A stretch of 64,000 bases of DNA, from assembly GCA_020060565.1 (NCBI GenBank), contig JAGVAE010000003.1:20072-84071 (forward strand). Reading direction: 5' to 3'. Below, one piece after another: positions 1 through 10,247 of this stretch (positions are counted from its first letter, which is position 1; each line of letters begins with the position of its first letter). The translations under genes were made by a program, and so were the position numbers. Below the pieces are notes generated by a model, which worked only from the letters and a program-made list of their open reading frames with translations, was not told where the DNA came from and searched no databases. Origin of the DNA: Candidatus Woesebacteria bacterium. Lineage in GTDB: Bacteria > Patescibacteriota > Microgenomatia > UBA8517.

Positions 1-1800
1 TATTTTAAAGTAAAAGACTCCAGAAAAAAACTTGGTGAGCTTGCTTCTGAATTCTACGACAGCCCAAGTAAAAAACTAAAAATTATAGGAGTTACAGGAA
101 CTAAGGGTAAAACTACAACAGTCCATTTAATTTATCACATACTAACTTCACTTGGAAAAAAAGTCGGACTTGTTTCATCTATTGCAGCAAAGATTGGAGA
201 GCGCGAAGTTGATACTGGATTTCATGTCACAAGCCCTAATGTGGTTTCACTTCACAAATTTTTAAAAGAAATGGTGACGGCAGGTTGTGAATATGCAGTA
301 ATTGAAGTTAGTTCTCACGGGATAGATCAAAAAAGAATTGAGGGTGTTGAATTTGAAGTTGGGGTTTTAACCAATATTGCTCCAGAACACCTTGATTATC
401 ACAAAACCTTAAAAGAATACAAAAGAATAAAAATGTCCTTTATTGACTCATGTAGACAAAAAGTAATAGCTCCTACAGAAACAAATCTAAAAGTAATTTC
501 TGGATTTTTTAATAATCTAAATGCAGAAGCAGCAATAAAAACTGTAAAACTTTTAGGTTTTGATAAAGATAAAGCGCAAAATACACTTAAATCATTTGGA
601 CTTCCAGTTGGAAGACTTGAGGAAATAAAGAATGAACTGGGTATAAAGATAATTGTTGATTTTGCCCACACTCCCGATTCACTTTTTGCAGCCTTGACTC
701 ATTTAAGAAAGGAAACCAAAGGAAAATTATTTTCAGTTTTTGGCTGTGCAGGAGAAAGGGATCATAGAAAACGTCGAAAAATGGGCAAAATATCAAGTGA
801 TTTAGCAGATTTTTCAGTTTTTACTGCAGAGGATCCAAGAAGTGAAAAGTTAACAGATATTTTTAAACTTATGAAAAAAGATGCAAAAAATTACGTTTGC
901 GTACCCGAACGGGGAGAGGCAGTTGCATATGCACTAAGCAAAGCTACGAAGGGAGATACTGTAGCATTCTTTGGAAAAGGACATGAGACCAGTATGGCAT
1001 ATGATGGTTTTGAACACTTGTGGCGCGATCAAAAAGCTATCAGGAATTATTTGAAAAGAGATCTGACAATCTCAGCAATTATTCTTGCCGCAGGAAAAGG
1101 ATCGCGTATGCATTCAAATAAGCCCAAAGTAATTCATAAGATTTGTGGAAAACCTATGATCACATATACTTTGGAAAACCTAAGAGGAAGTGGGGTTGGA
1201 GAGATTATTGCAGTAGTTTCATTCAAGAAGAACTTAGTTATAAAGGTAATTGAGGGGGCAGTCAAATTTGCAGTTCAGAATAACCCCAAAGGTGGAACAG
1301 CGGATGCAGCAAAAACAGGTTATTCCCAAGTGTCAGCTAATATCAAAACATTAATTGTTATCAATGGGGACGATAGTGCTTTTTATACACCAGAAACTAT
1401 TAAGAAAATAATTGAAATTCATAGAGAAAGAGAAAGAAAACTAACATTCGTTTCATTAATGAAAGACAATCCCACAGGTTTAGGACGTGTAATACGTGGA
1501 GAAAATGGTTTAATTACTAAAATTGTTGAGGAAAAAGATGCGACTTCTGAAGAAAGAAAAACTAAAGAAGTAAATGATGGCCTTTATGTATTTGATAGAA
1601 AATGGTTTGATGGAAACATCCAAAAAGTCAAAAAAGGACCGCAAGGAGAGTACTACTTGGTGGACTTAATTAAACTTGCAATTGATCAAGGAGATAGAAT
1701 GGCAACATATACTCTTCCCAACGATCTTGAGTGGCAGGGAATTAATACTCCAGAAGAACTTGAAAAAGCTAAACAAAAAATGGAGGCGAGAATAAAATGA
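1..1800 (+). CDS. murE: UDP-N-acetylmuramoyl-tripeptide ligase MurE (5' partial) fused to a GlmU-like N-terminal sugar-1-phosphate uridyltransferase domain. MurE part is about 1-1060, nucleotidyltransferase part about 1069-1800.
   Basis: Frame 1 is open from base 1, so the gene starts upstream of the window. The Mur ligase P-loop GVTGTKGKTTT lies at about nt 85-115. The MurE C-terminal domain motifs DFAHTPDSL, FGCAGERD and GKGHE are present. The C-terminal ~245 aa (ISAIILAAGKGSRM, PTGLGRVIRGENG, IVEEKDATSEERK, GEYYLVDLIKLA) match the GlmU uridyltransferase domain closely. There is no acetyltransferase beta-helix. Confidence 0.8.
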   Translation, partial: YFKVKDSRKKLGELASEFYDSPSKKLKIIGVTGTKGKTTTVHLIYHILTSLGKKVGLVSSIAAKIGEREVDTGFHVTSPNVVSLHKFLKEMVTAGCEYAVIEVSSHGIDQKRIEGVEFEVGVLTNIAPEHLDYHKTLKEYKRIKMSFIDSCRQKVIAPTETNLKVISGFFNNLNAEAAIKTVKLLGFDKDKAQNTLKSFGLPVGRLEEIKNELGIKIIVDFAHTPDSLFAALTHLRKETKGKLFSVFGCAGERDHRKRRKMGKISSDLADFSVFTAEDPRSEKLTDIFKLMKKDAKNYVCVPERGEAVAYALSKATKGDTVAFFGKGHETSMAYDGFEHLWRDQKAIRNYLKRDLTISAIILAAGKGSRMHSNKPKVIHKICGKPMITYTLENLRGSGVGEIIAVVSFKKNLVIKVIEGAVKFAVQNNPKGGTADAAKTGYSQVSANIKTLIVINGDDSAFYTPETIKKIIEIHRERERKLTFVSLMKDNPTGLGRVIRGENGLITKIVEEKDATSEERKTKEVNDGLYVFDRKWFDGNIQKVKKGPQGEYYLVDLIKLAIDQGDRMATYTLPNDLEWQGINTPEELEKAKQKMEARIK

Positions 1801-3914
1801 AACTTCACTTTGTTGGTATTGGGGGGAGTGGAATATCTGGTGTTGCGAGTTTAGCTGAAAAATTTGGCTACAATGTAACTGGTTGCGATTTAGAAATGGG
1901 TGGACACAGTGTAGACCATATTAAAGATGTTGACTTAGTAATCGTTACACCTGCAGTTTTTTATCAAAATAACAACCACCCAGAAATATTGGAAGCTAAA
2001 AAACAAAAAAAACTCATGACATGGGAGGAATTTTTGGGAAAGGTTTTATTAAAAGATAAAAAACTAATTTGTATTGCTGGAACTCACGGTAAATCCACCA
2101 CAACTGCAATGGCGGCAAAACTATTAATAGACAACGGATTTGATCCAGTTGTTGTGGTTGGGGCAAAAGTATCCGAGTGGAATGGTAACTCCCGATACGG
2201 TGAAGGTGAATATGCAGTTGTTGAGGCCGATGAATTCAACAATAACTTTCTTTTCTATAATCCTGACATTGCAATTATTAATAACATTGAATTTGACCAT
2301 CCAGATTTTTTCAAAAATGAAAAAGAGGTAAGAGCTAGTTTTGATAAATTTATAAAGAATTTAAAAGGAGAAAAAATATTAATAACTGAGAAGGACAGTC
2401 AAAACAAAAAATTCAATCTGAAACTCTTAGGTGAACACAATCAAAAAAATGCCAATATGGTTTACATATTGGGAAAGAAATTAGGAATTAGGGATGAGGA
2501 TATAGTTAGGTCTCTGGAATATTTTAAAGGAATCAGTAGAAGATTAGAATTAATTGTAGATAGAGGTGGAATTGAAATTTATGATGATTATGCACATCAC
2601 CCAACTGCTATTAAAACAACTTTTGAAGGTTTAAGGCGTGAGTATCCTAAGGCAAAAATATTAGCAATAGTTGAGCCGCATGGATATAAAAGAACAAAAG
2701 CACTTTTAAAAAACTATAATGGGGTTTTTGATAATGTAGATAGAGTGATTGTTGGTCCTATTTTTCCAGCTCGTGATAAAGTAGATAATTCGATTACGCC
2801 AGAATTAGTAGCCAAGGCATCAGGTCATAAAAACGCAAGTGGATTTAGTAGTTTTGAAGACGTCATTGAAGATTGTAAATTGATAATTGGTAATTACAAT
2901 GTAGTTGTCGTCATGGGTGCTGGAAAAAGTAATTATTGGGCAAAAGAAATTGTAGGACTATTGCCAGTTAGCTTTTCTGACATTACAACCTTTAGGATTG
3001 GAGGAAAAATAAAGAAATGTTTTGAAGTTAAAAATGAATCAGAAATTAGAGGCGCTTTAGATTATGCAGACAAAAACAATTTTCCTATTTTTATACTTGG
3101 AGGAGGTAGTGATATATTGGCTTCAGACAAAAAGTTTAATGGTGTTGTCATTAAATATACATCAAGTAGTATTTTAGTTGGAGAAGATGGAATAGTAACT
3201 GCTGACGCAGGTGCTAGTTGGGATAGATTAGTAGAGGAAACGGTAAAAAGTGATCTTGCGGGTTTGGAATGTCTTTCAGGTATTCCTGGAACGGTTGGAG
3301 CATCTCCCATTCAAAACATAGGGGCTTACGGTCAAGAACTTGCAGATACATTTATCAAATTAGTGGCATACGATATTGAAAAAAGAAAATTTGTAACTTT
3401 TGATAAGAAAGCTTGCAATTTTGGTTATAGAGAAAGTATTTTTAAACAACCGCAGTATTGGCAAAAATTCATAATTACAAAAGTTACTTTTAAACTCTCA
3501 AGATACACAGATACAGATATAACCCTAGAGAATATTAGAGAAGAAATATTAAGAGTTAGATCAGAAAAACTTGAAGATCCACAAAACATCCCGAACGCAG
3601 GATCCTTTTTCAAAAATCCAGTTATTGATTTACAACAAAAAGAAAAGATTATTTCAAAGTATCCAGGAGTTGTTATTTACTCTTTTGAAAATAGGTATAA
3701 AGTATCTGCGGCCTGGTTAATAGAAAGTTGTGGCTGGAAAGGAAAGGAATATAAATCAGCATCAGTTTCGTCTAAGCACGCTCTAATACTTATAAATAAA
3801 AATGGTAAAGCGAAGGCTGAAGATGTTTTAGAACTTTCTGACAAAATAATTTCTGATGTATATAAAAAGTTTGGAATAAAATTGGAGAGAGAAGTACAGT
3901 TAATAAATTTTTAA
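1797..3914 (+). CDS. murC: Bifunctional MurC-MurB fusion: UDP-N-acetylmuramate--L-alanine ligase (about 1797-2960) plus UDP-N-acetylenolpyruvoylglucosamine reductase (about 2970-3914)
   Basis: The N-terminus VGIGGSGISGVA...AGTHGKSTTT is a MurC-type Mur ligase. The C-terminal ~310 aa (FRIGGKI...LGGGSDIL...GLECLSGIPGTVGASPIQNIGAYG) is a MurB FAD-binding/reductase domain. The ATGA start overlaps the murE stop. Confidence 0.8.
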   Translation: MKLHFVGIGGSGISGVASLAEKFGYNVTGCDLEMGGHSVDHIKDVDLVIVTPAVFYQNNNHPEILEAKKQKKLMTWEEFLGKVLLKDKKLICIAGTHGKSTTTAMAAKLLIDNGFDPVVVVGAKVSEWNGNSRYGEGEYAVVEADEFNNNFLFYNPDIAIINNIEFDHPDFFKNEKEVRASFDKFIKNLKGEKILITEKDSQNKKFNLKLLGEHNQKNANMVYILGKKLGIRDEDIVRSLEYFKGISRRLELIVDRGGIEIYDDYAHHPTAIKTTFEGLRREYPKAKILAIVEPHGYKRTKALLKNYNGVFDNVDRVIVGPIFPARDKVDNSITPELVAKASGHKNASGFSSFEDVIEDCKLIIGNYNVVVVMGAGKSNYWAKEIVGLLPVSFSDITTFRIGGKIKKCFEVKNESEIRGALDYADKNNFPIFILGGGSDILASDKKFNGVVIKYTSSSILVGEDGIVTADAGASWDRLVEETVKSDLAGLECLSGIPGTVGASPIQNIGAYGQELADTFIKLVAYDIEKRKFVTFDKKACNFGYRESIFKQPQYWQKFIITKVTFKLSRYTDTDITLENIREEILRVRSEKLEDPQNIPNAGSFFKNPVIDLQQKEKIISKYPGVVIYSFENRYKVSAAWLIESCGWKGKEYKSASVSSKHALILINKNGKAKAEDVLELSDKIISDVYKKFGIKLEREVQLINF

Positions 3915-3916
3915 AT

Positions 3917-5161
3917 ATGACAAATTTTAAAAACAAAAATGTAGCAGTTCTGGGTTATGGGCTTGAAGGACAAGATGCAGAAAAATTTCTCAAATCTCAA
4001 GGTGCTAAGGTCACAATTCTCGATAGGAAATTTAATGAACATTACTTAAGAGAACTATCTAAGTATGACATTATTGTTCGTTCACCTGGCGTATATAGAT
4101 TTTTACCTGAAATTGTAGAAGCTGAAAAAAAAGGAGTAAAAATTACCTCTCCCATTAATATATTTTTTAAAGAGTGTAAAGGAAAAATAATTGGAGTAAC
4201 AGGAACTAAAGGAAAAGGAACCACCTCAACATTAATTTATGAGATTTTAAAGGCAGATAATCGTGAAGTTATTTTGTCAGGTAATATTGGCAAACCATAT
4301 TTAGAATTACTTCCAAAAATAACAAATGATAGTTGGGTGGTGATGGAGATGTCTTCATTTCAATTGATTGATTTAGATATAAGTCCCCATATATCTGTTG
4401 TTCTAAACATTACTCTTGATCACATGGATTGGCATAAAGATAGACAGGAATACGTAAATGCAAAGAAAAATATTGTAAGTCATCAAAATTCCAATGATTT
4501 TGCAATTATTAACTCTGAATACGAAACACCAAAAAGCTTTGAAGGTTTAGGAAAAGGAAAACTAATAGAATTCTCAAAACAAAACCTTGAGTCAAAATTT
4601 AAAAAAGATTTACTTCTTCGTGGAGAACACAATCTGGAAAACATTGCCGCTGCGGTTGCAGTCGCAAAAGTTGTTGGTATTAATGAAGACACAATTAGTA
4701 ATGTTGTAAAAGAATTCAAAGGACTTGAACACCGATTGGAGCTGGTTGATACAATAAATGATGTTACTTTCTATAACGATTCGTTTGCAACAGGTCCCCA
4801 ACCTACAATTGCGGCAATAAATTCTTTTTGCGAACCTGAAACAATTATTTTGGGAGGGAGTGATAAGGGATTGGATTATAAAGAACTAAGAGAAGAAATT
4901 GAAAAAAGGGAGAATATAAAAAATATTATATTAATAGGTGAAATTGGAACAAAAATTGGAGAAGGACTCAGAAATAAAAATGTTATAAATTTAGGTAAGA
5001 TTTCTATGATAGAGATAGTCAAAAAAGCGTATGAAATAACACCCAAGGGTGGTGTGGTAATTTTATCTCCAGCGGCTGCCAGTTTTGATATGTTTAAAAA
5101 CTATAAAGATCGCGGTCTTCAATTCAAAAAAGCTGTGGAGAAAATTAAGAATGAACAATAG
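3917..5161 (+). CDS. murD: UDP-N-acetylmuramoylalanine--D-glutamate ligase MurD
   Basis: VAVLGYGLEGQ Rossmann start; GVTGTKGKGTTS P-loop; Mur ligase C-terminal domain. Confidence 0.8.
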   Translation: MTNFKNKNVAVLGYGLEGQDAEKFLKSQGAKVTILDRKFNEHYLRELSKYDIIVRSPGVYRFLPEIVEAEKKGVKITSPINIFFKECKGKIIGVTGTKGKGTTSTLIYEILKADNREVILSGNIGKPYLELLPKITNDSWVVMEMSSFQLIDLDISPHISVVLNITLDHMDWHKDRQEYVNAKKNIVSHQNSNDFAIINSEYETPKSFEGLGKGKLIEFSKQNLESKFKKDLLLRGEHNLENIAAAVAVAKVVGINEDTISNVVKEFKGLEHRLELVDTINDVTFYNDSFATGPQPTIAAINSFCEPETIILGGSDKGLDYKELREEIEKRENIKNIILIGEIGTKIGEGLRNKNVINLGKISMIEIVKKAYEITPKGGVVILSPAAASFDMFKNYKDRGLQFKKAVEKIKNEQ

Positions 5162-5921
5162 ACCAATTGGAATCTTTGACTCTGGACTTGGAGGCCTCAC
5201 TGTAGTTAAAGAAATAATTAAGCTTTTACCTAATGAAGATATTATTTATTTGGGAGATACTGCTAGAGTTCCATACGGAACAAGAAGTAAAGAAACTGTT
5301 ACAAAGTTTTCTTTAGAAGATGCTAAGTTTCTCTTTTATAAAAAAGTTAAATGTATGGTCATGGCATGTAATACCGCAACAGCATTGGCAGAAAGTGAGT
5401 TAAGAAAACAATTTCATATCCCCATATTTGATGTGATATCCCCAGCAATAAAAGATGCTAAAAAAATATCAAAGACGAGAAAAATTGGAGTAATTGGGAC
5501 AAGTGCAACAATTCATAGTGGTGCATATAATGCTTCATTTTCAAAAGCTTGTCCACTCTTTGTACCATTTATAGAGGAAGGAGAAGTAAACAGTAAAGCT
5601 TTACGTATAGTAGCAAAAGAATACCTTTCGGAGTTTAAAAATAAAAAAATTGACACTCTGATAATGGGCTGTACTCATTATCCGATTATTAAAAATATAA
5701 TTAAAAGCATTTTGGGAACAAAAATTAATCTAGTTAACCCTGGAGAGTCCGTTGCAAAGGAAATGTCAGATTATTTGATTAAAAATAGTATGTTAAATAG
5801 TCAAAAAACAATTGGCAAAAGAAGCTACTTTGTAACAGATTACACAGAACATTTTATAAAAGTTGCTGAAATGTTTTTGGGGGATAGAATTAAAAACAAT
5901 ATAAAGAAAGTAATCCTATGA
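5151..5921 (+). CDS. murI: Glutamate racemase MurI
   Basis: The start was moved to the ATG at 5151 (MNNRPIGIFDSGLGGLTV), which overlaps the murD stop. Racemase motifs MACNTAT and GCTHYP are present. Confidence 0.8.
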   Translation: MNNRPIGIFDSGLGGLTVVKEIIKLLPNEDIIYLGDTARVPYGTRSKETVTKFSLEDAKFLFYKKVKCMVMACNTATALAESELRKQFHIPIFDVISPAIKDAKKISKTRKIGVIGTSATIHSGAYNASFSKACPLFVPFIEEGEVNSKALRIVAKEYLSEFKNKKIDTLIMGCTHYPIIKNIIKSILGTKINLVNPGESVAKEMSDYLIKNSMLNSQKTIGKRSYFVTDYTEHFIKVAEMFLGDRIKNNIKKVIL

Positions 5922-6958
5922 AAAATAAAATTAAAGTAGCCGTTCTTATGGGAGGAAAATCTCCAGAGCATGAGATATCTGTATTATCAGGTCAGCAAGT
6001 AGTTAAGAATCTTAATAAAAAGAAATATGAAATTTTGCCAGTCGTTATATCAAAAGATGGAACAAAGTGGCAGTTGACCAGTGTTGAAAGTATCCTGTCT
6101 TTGAAAAATCCAATCAATCTAAAAGGAACAAAAACTGAAATTGTTATACAAAATAAAAAAGAACTTACGCAAGAATCTTTATCCTCAGAAAAAGGAATAG
6201 ATGTTGTTTTTATAGCAATACATGGGCCTTTCGGAGAAGATGGAACAATTCAAGATATTCTTGAAGCTTCGGAAATTCCTTATACAGGGTCAGGAATATT
6301 AGCTTCTTCTTTAGGGATGGATAAAGCGATGTTTCGGAAAGTAATGGTGGCTGAAAAAATAGATATACCGAAATATGTGGTGGTTGATAAAAATGATAAG
6401 CAAAACTATATTTTTGAATCGTTAGGAAAACCTCCCTATTTTGTAAAGCCATCTGATCAAGGTTCTTCGGTTGGTTCTTCATTTGTTAAAACAAAAAAAG
6501 ATTTAGCGAGAGCTTTAAAGATAGCATTTAAATATAGTGATATGGTTTTGGTGGACGAATACATAAAAGGATTGGAGGTTACATGTGCTGTTATTGGAAA
6601 TGACAAGCCTATTGCCTTGCCTATTACTGAGATACATCCACTTAAAGGTGATTTTTTTGATTACGAGTCAAAATATAGCGGACACGGTTCTGAAGAAATA
6701 ACACCAGCTCGTGTTTCAATGTCATTAACTAAAAAAATTCAAAAGCTTTCAATTGATGTTTATAAAGCAATTGGTTGCAGGGGTTTTGGTAGAGTAGATT
6801 TTATTATTAAAAATAGAAAGTCCCCAGTTGTATTGGAGATTAATACAGTACCAGGTCTAACTTCAGAATCACTTTTGCCAAAGGCAGCAAAAGCTGCGGG
6901 TATAAATTATCCCGAACTTCTTGATACAATAATTAAATATGCAACAGAAAAAAACTAA
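5918..6958 (+). CDS. ddl: D-alanine--D-alanine ligase
   Basis: KIKVAVLMGGKSPEHEISVLSG N-terminus; ATP-grasp domain; placed within the mur cluster. Confidence 0.8.
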   Translation: MKNKIKVAVLMGGKSPEHEISVLSGQQVVKNLNKKKYEILPVVISKDGTKWQLTSVESILSLKNPINLKGTKTEIVIQNKKELTQESLSSEKGIDVVFIAIHGPFGEDGTIQDILEASEIPYTGSGILASSLGMDKAMFRKVMVAEKIDIPKYVVVDKNDKQNYIFESLGKPPYFVKPSDQGSSVGSSFVKTKKDLARALKIAFKYSDMVLVDEYIKGLEVTCAVIGNDKPIALPITEIHPLKGDFFDYESKYSGHGSEEITPARVSMSLTKKIQKLSIDVYKAIGCRGFGRVDFIIKNRKSPVVLEINTVPGLTSESLLPKAAKAAGINYPELLDTIIKYATEKN

Positions 6959-8057
6959 TCCAATTATTCAATGGTGGTTGACACCGAAGTTTCCTTTAAT
7001 TCACTTGGGGGATAAAACCAGTTTTATTAAAAAATGGCTAATACATCCAATTAAAAGAAGGATTGCTAGATGGTATTTAAAATATCTCCAGAGTCATGGT
7101 GGTATTAAAGTAATAGCAATAACGGGTAGTGCAGGAAAAACTACAACCAAAGAAATGTTAGCAGCTATTCTTAAACTTGAAGGAAAAACAATTTATTCAA
7201 AAGAAAATATTGATCCAATTTATAACATCCCAACAACTATTCTAAGAACCCCGATAGGAACAAAATATTTAATTTTAGAAATGGGAGTTGAGTATCCAGG
7301 AGAAATGGATTTCTATCTTTGGTTGGCAAAACCAGACATTGGAGTCATTACCAACATCTTTCCAACGCATTTGGAGTTTCTGGGGAATGTCGAAGGGGTT
7401 TTGAAAGAAAAATCTAAATTAGTTTTGAGTTTGAGTAAAGAAGATACTGCAGTTCTAAATTCTGGAGACAGTCAGTTAAAAGAAATAGCTTCTAAATTGA
7501 AAGCCAACATTCAATGGTTTGAGTCTAATAAAGATCAACTAACAGAAGATGCATTTGCAGCAGCCACCGTTGCAGACTCTTTAAATGTACCAAAGAATAA
7601 AATTTTTGAAGGATTGAAACAATATCAAAAGCCTAAACACCGTCTCTCAATAATTAAGTTAAAAACAGGTACGGTTATTTTAGACGACTCTTACAATAGT
7701 AATCCCCAGGCGCTTTCAAAAACATTAAAATTCTTTATCCATATAGCTGGTAAACATAATAAAATTGCGGTATTGGGAGACATGAAAGAACTTGGGAAAC
7801 TTGAAGAAAGTTTTCATAGAGAGGTGGGACGGGAAATCTCAAAGATGAATTTTCAAGCAGTTATTGGAGTTGGGAGCGCAATTAAATTTCTGATCGATGA
7901 GATAAATAGAAGTAATAACTATACAAAAACCTATTTTGTCGCCAAACAAGAAGATGTTTTGCCTGTAATTTCTCCATATTTACAGGACGACAATTATGTT
8001 TTAATCAAAGGTTCCCGTTCTATTGCGCTTGATAAACTGGTGGACGCCCTCGTATAA
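6939..8057 (+). CDS. murF: UDP-MurNAc-pentapeptide synthetase MurF (short form lacking the usual N-terminal domain)
   Basis: P-loop ITGSAGKTTTKEM sits at about residue 63. Mur ligase central and C-terminal domains are present. The protein is 372 aa against a typical ~450 aa. Confidence 0.7.
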   Translation: MQQKKTNPIIQWWLTPKFPLIHLGDKTSFIKKWLIHPIKRRIARWYLKYLQSHGGIKVIAITGSAGKTTTKEMLAAILKLEGKTIYSKENIDPIYNIPTTILRTPIGTKYLILEMGVEYPGEMDFYLWLAKPDIGVITNIFPTHLEFLGNVEGVLKEKSKLVLSLSKEDTAVLNSGDSQLKEIASKLKANIQWFESNKDQLTEDAFAAATVADSLNVPKNKIFEGLKQYQKPKHRLSIIKLKTGTVILDDSYNSNPQALSKTLKFFIHIAGKHNKIAVLGDMKELGKLEESFHREVGREISKMNFQAVIGVGSAIKFLIDEINRSNNYTKTYFVAKQEDVLPVISPYLQDDNYVLIKGSRSIALDKLVDALV

Positions 8058-8074
8058 TTGAACTTAAGAAAGAT

Positions 8075-9130
8075 ATGAATACACCCAATCTAATGCCGCT
8101 CGCTCTGGGACTTGTAATTTTTTCTTTCTTAATCTCCTCGGTTCTTATAGTTCCTTTTATTAACCTTCTTTATAAACTCAAGTTTACCAGGCGTAAAGAA
8201 GCCCCAAAACATGGGAAAATTCCACTGTTTGATAGAATGCATGACAAAAAAGCGGGTACTCCAGTTGGTGGTGGAGTACTTATAATTGCTCTAGTATGTG
8301 TTCTTTTTGCTATTCTATTTCCTTTGGCTTCATACTTAGGGGTTTATATAAAAGCCGCTTATAACCTTAAATGGGAATTGATTGTAATATTCTTTACATT
8401 TATTTCATTCGGTCTTTTGGGACTTTCGGACGATTCCATGAAGCTTTTTGCCAAACCAACAAAAGGAATTTTGGGTCTGTGGTTTGGACTGAGGCGCAGA
8501 CAAAAATTTATTCTTCAATGGATTTTGGCATTTATAATTGGATACTTTATTTATAACAACTTGGGAATTCATATTGTTCACATACCATTTCTTGGTAGAG
8601 TTATAGATCTTGGGGTTTGGTATGTACCACTTTCTGCTTTTGTAATTGTATCTTTCTCAAATGCGTACAATATTACAGATGGGTTAGATGGATTAGCTAC
8701 AGGACTTCTTCTAATTTGCTTGGCTGCGTTTTCGGTAATAGTAGCAAGTAATATTGACACACCCATTTCACTTTTTATTTCTCTCTGGATGGGCGCACTT
8801 ATTGCATTTTTATATTTCAATATTTGGCCAGCCAGAATTTTTATGGGAGATACTGGAGCTTTATCTTTTGGAGCCACACTTGCTGTCATTGGGCTTTTGA
8901 CGGGAAGTATTATTGCATTAGTTGTAATGGGTGGAATATTTATTCTGGAGGTTGCATCCTCAGGAATCCAGATGCTGTCTTGGAAATTTAGGAATAAACC
9001 ATTTTTCAAAATAGCACCAGCACACAATATATTTTTAGCAAAAGGTTGGGAAGAACCCAAAATTGTTATGAGAGCCTGGCTTTTGGGGATTATGCTTTCT
9101 GTCTTTGGTCTTTGGCTTTCAACAATATAG
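8075..9130 (+). CDS. mraY: Phospho-N-acetylmuramoyl-pentapeptide transferase MraY
   Basis: Polytopic membrane protein; NAYNITDGLDGLATG motif. Confidence 0.85.
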   Translation: MNTPNLMPLALGLVIFSFLISSVLIVPFINLLYKLKFTRRKEAPKHGKIPLFDRMHDKKAGTPVGGGVLIIALVCVLFAILFPLASYLGVYIKAAYNLKWELIVIFFTFISFGLLGLSDDSMKLFAKPTKGILGLWFGLRRRQKFILQWILAFIIGYFIYNNLGIHIVHIPFLGRVIDLGVWYVPLSAFVIVSFSNAYNITDGLDGLATGLLLICLAAFSVIVASNIDTPISLFISLWMGALIAFLYFNIWPARIFMGDTGALSFGATLAVIGLLTGSIIALVVMGGIFILEVASSGIQMLSWKFRNKPFFKIAPAHNIFLAKGWEEPKIVMRAWLLGIMLSVFGLWLSTI

Positions 9131-9143
9131 TTAAATTAGTAAT

Positions 9144-10247
9144 GTGCGAAAAATTAAACTTGCCAAACAAAAAATTGCATTTGATAAGAGTCTTCTGGTT
9201 TTAGTTTTAATATTTGTTTTTGTTGGACTTGTTGCTGTTGCTGATGCCTCTGCTCCTCAATCCCAAAACATGTTTGGAGATAAATTTTATCTATTTAAGC
9301 AACAGTTAATGTGGGCAGGGGTGGGGATTGTTGCTTTATTTGTTACCTCAAAAATTAGTTACAAATTTTGGGAAAAAGTAGCCACGCCTTTCTTTTTCTT
9401 TAGTCTCATACTTCTTGTAGTGGTACTTCTGCCGGGTTTAGGATATAAAGCTTTGGGTGCAAGACGTTGGATAGACACTGGATTATTTAGTATTCAGCCA
9501 TCAGAACTTATTAAAATAGGTTTGACTATGTATTTGGCCAAAGTTGCCTCAAAAGGGAAAAACACTCTATCATATTTTGTTCCCCTTGCAGTTGTGGCAG
9601 GTCTAATCATGCTTCAGCCTGATTTGGGTACTACAATGGTTGTAGCAATTTTGGGACTATCTCAGATATTTGTTTCTGGTGTAAATCTACTCCACTTTGC
9701 AGGAGGAATTGTGGCGGGAGCATTGGGTGTAGTGGGTTTAATACTGACCTCTCCATATAGAAAAGAACGACTTCTAACATTTCTTCAGATGGAGCGTGAC
9801 CCCCTGGGCTCCTCATACCATATACGTCAGATTCTATTAGGACTTGGTTCAGGTGGAATATTTGGAGTAGGACTTGGGGCTTCCCGTCAGAAGTATTTAT
9901 TTTTACCTGAAGCTTCAACAGATTCCATATTTGCAGTAATTGCAGAAGAAGTTGGGCTAATTGGAGCTGTTGCAATTATTATTCTTTTTGGACTATTTAT
10001 ATATAAAGGAATGGTTATAGCAATGAGAGCTCCCGATACCTTTTCGAAAGTGTTGGCAACGGGAATTGTAGCCTGGATAGGAGGACAGGCATTTCTAAAC
10101 ATTGCAGCAATGGTTGCTGTGGTTCCTCTAACTGGAATTCCTTTGCCATTTTTCTCATATGGAGGAAGCAGTCTCGTGACCATCCTTATAGCATGCGGTA
10201 TACTCTTAAATATCAGTAAGTTTTCAACAAAGGAAGCTAAACACTAA
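9144..10247 (+). CDS. ftsW: SEDS family peptidoglycan glycosyltransferase (FtsW-like)
   Basis: About 10 TM segments; SEDS signature region (RWIDTGLFSIQPSELIKI; PEASTDSIFAVIAEEVG); sits between mraY and murG. Confidence 0.75.
   Translation: MRKIKLAKQKIAFDKSLLVLVLIFVFVGLVAVADASAPQSQNMFGDKFYLFKQQLMWAGVGIVALFVTSKISYKFWEKVATPFFFFSLILLVVVLLPGLGYKALGARRWIDTGLFSIQPSELIKIGLTMYLAKVASKGKNTLSYFVPLAVVAGLIMLQPDLGTTMVVAILGLSQIFVSGVNLLHFAGGIVAGALGVVGLILTSPYRKERLLTFLQMERDPLGSSYHIRQILLGLGSGGIFGVGLGASRQKYLFLPEASTDSIFAVIAEEVGLIGAVAIIILFGLFIYKGMVIAMRAPDTFSKVLATGIVAWIGGQAFLNIAAMVAVVPLTGIPLPFFSYGGSSLVTILIACGILLNISKFSTKEAKH

Noticed and set aside
241-1800. ORF-track start at 241 for the first gene
   Set aside because: Frame 1 is open from base 1 and encodes the Mur ligase P-loop upstream of 241. 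The gene is 5'-truncated by the window edge, not started at 241.
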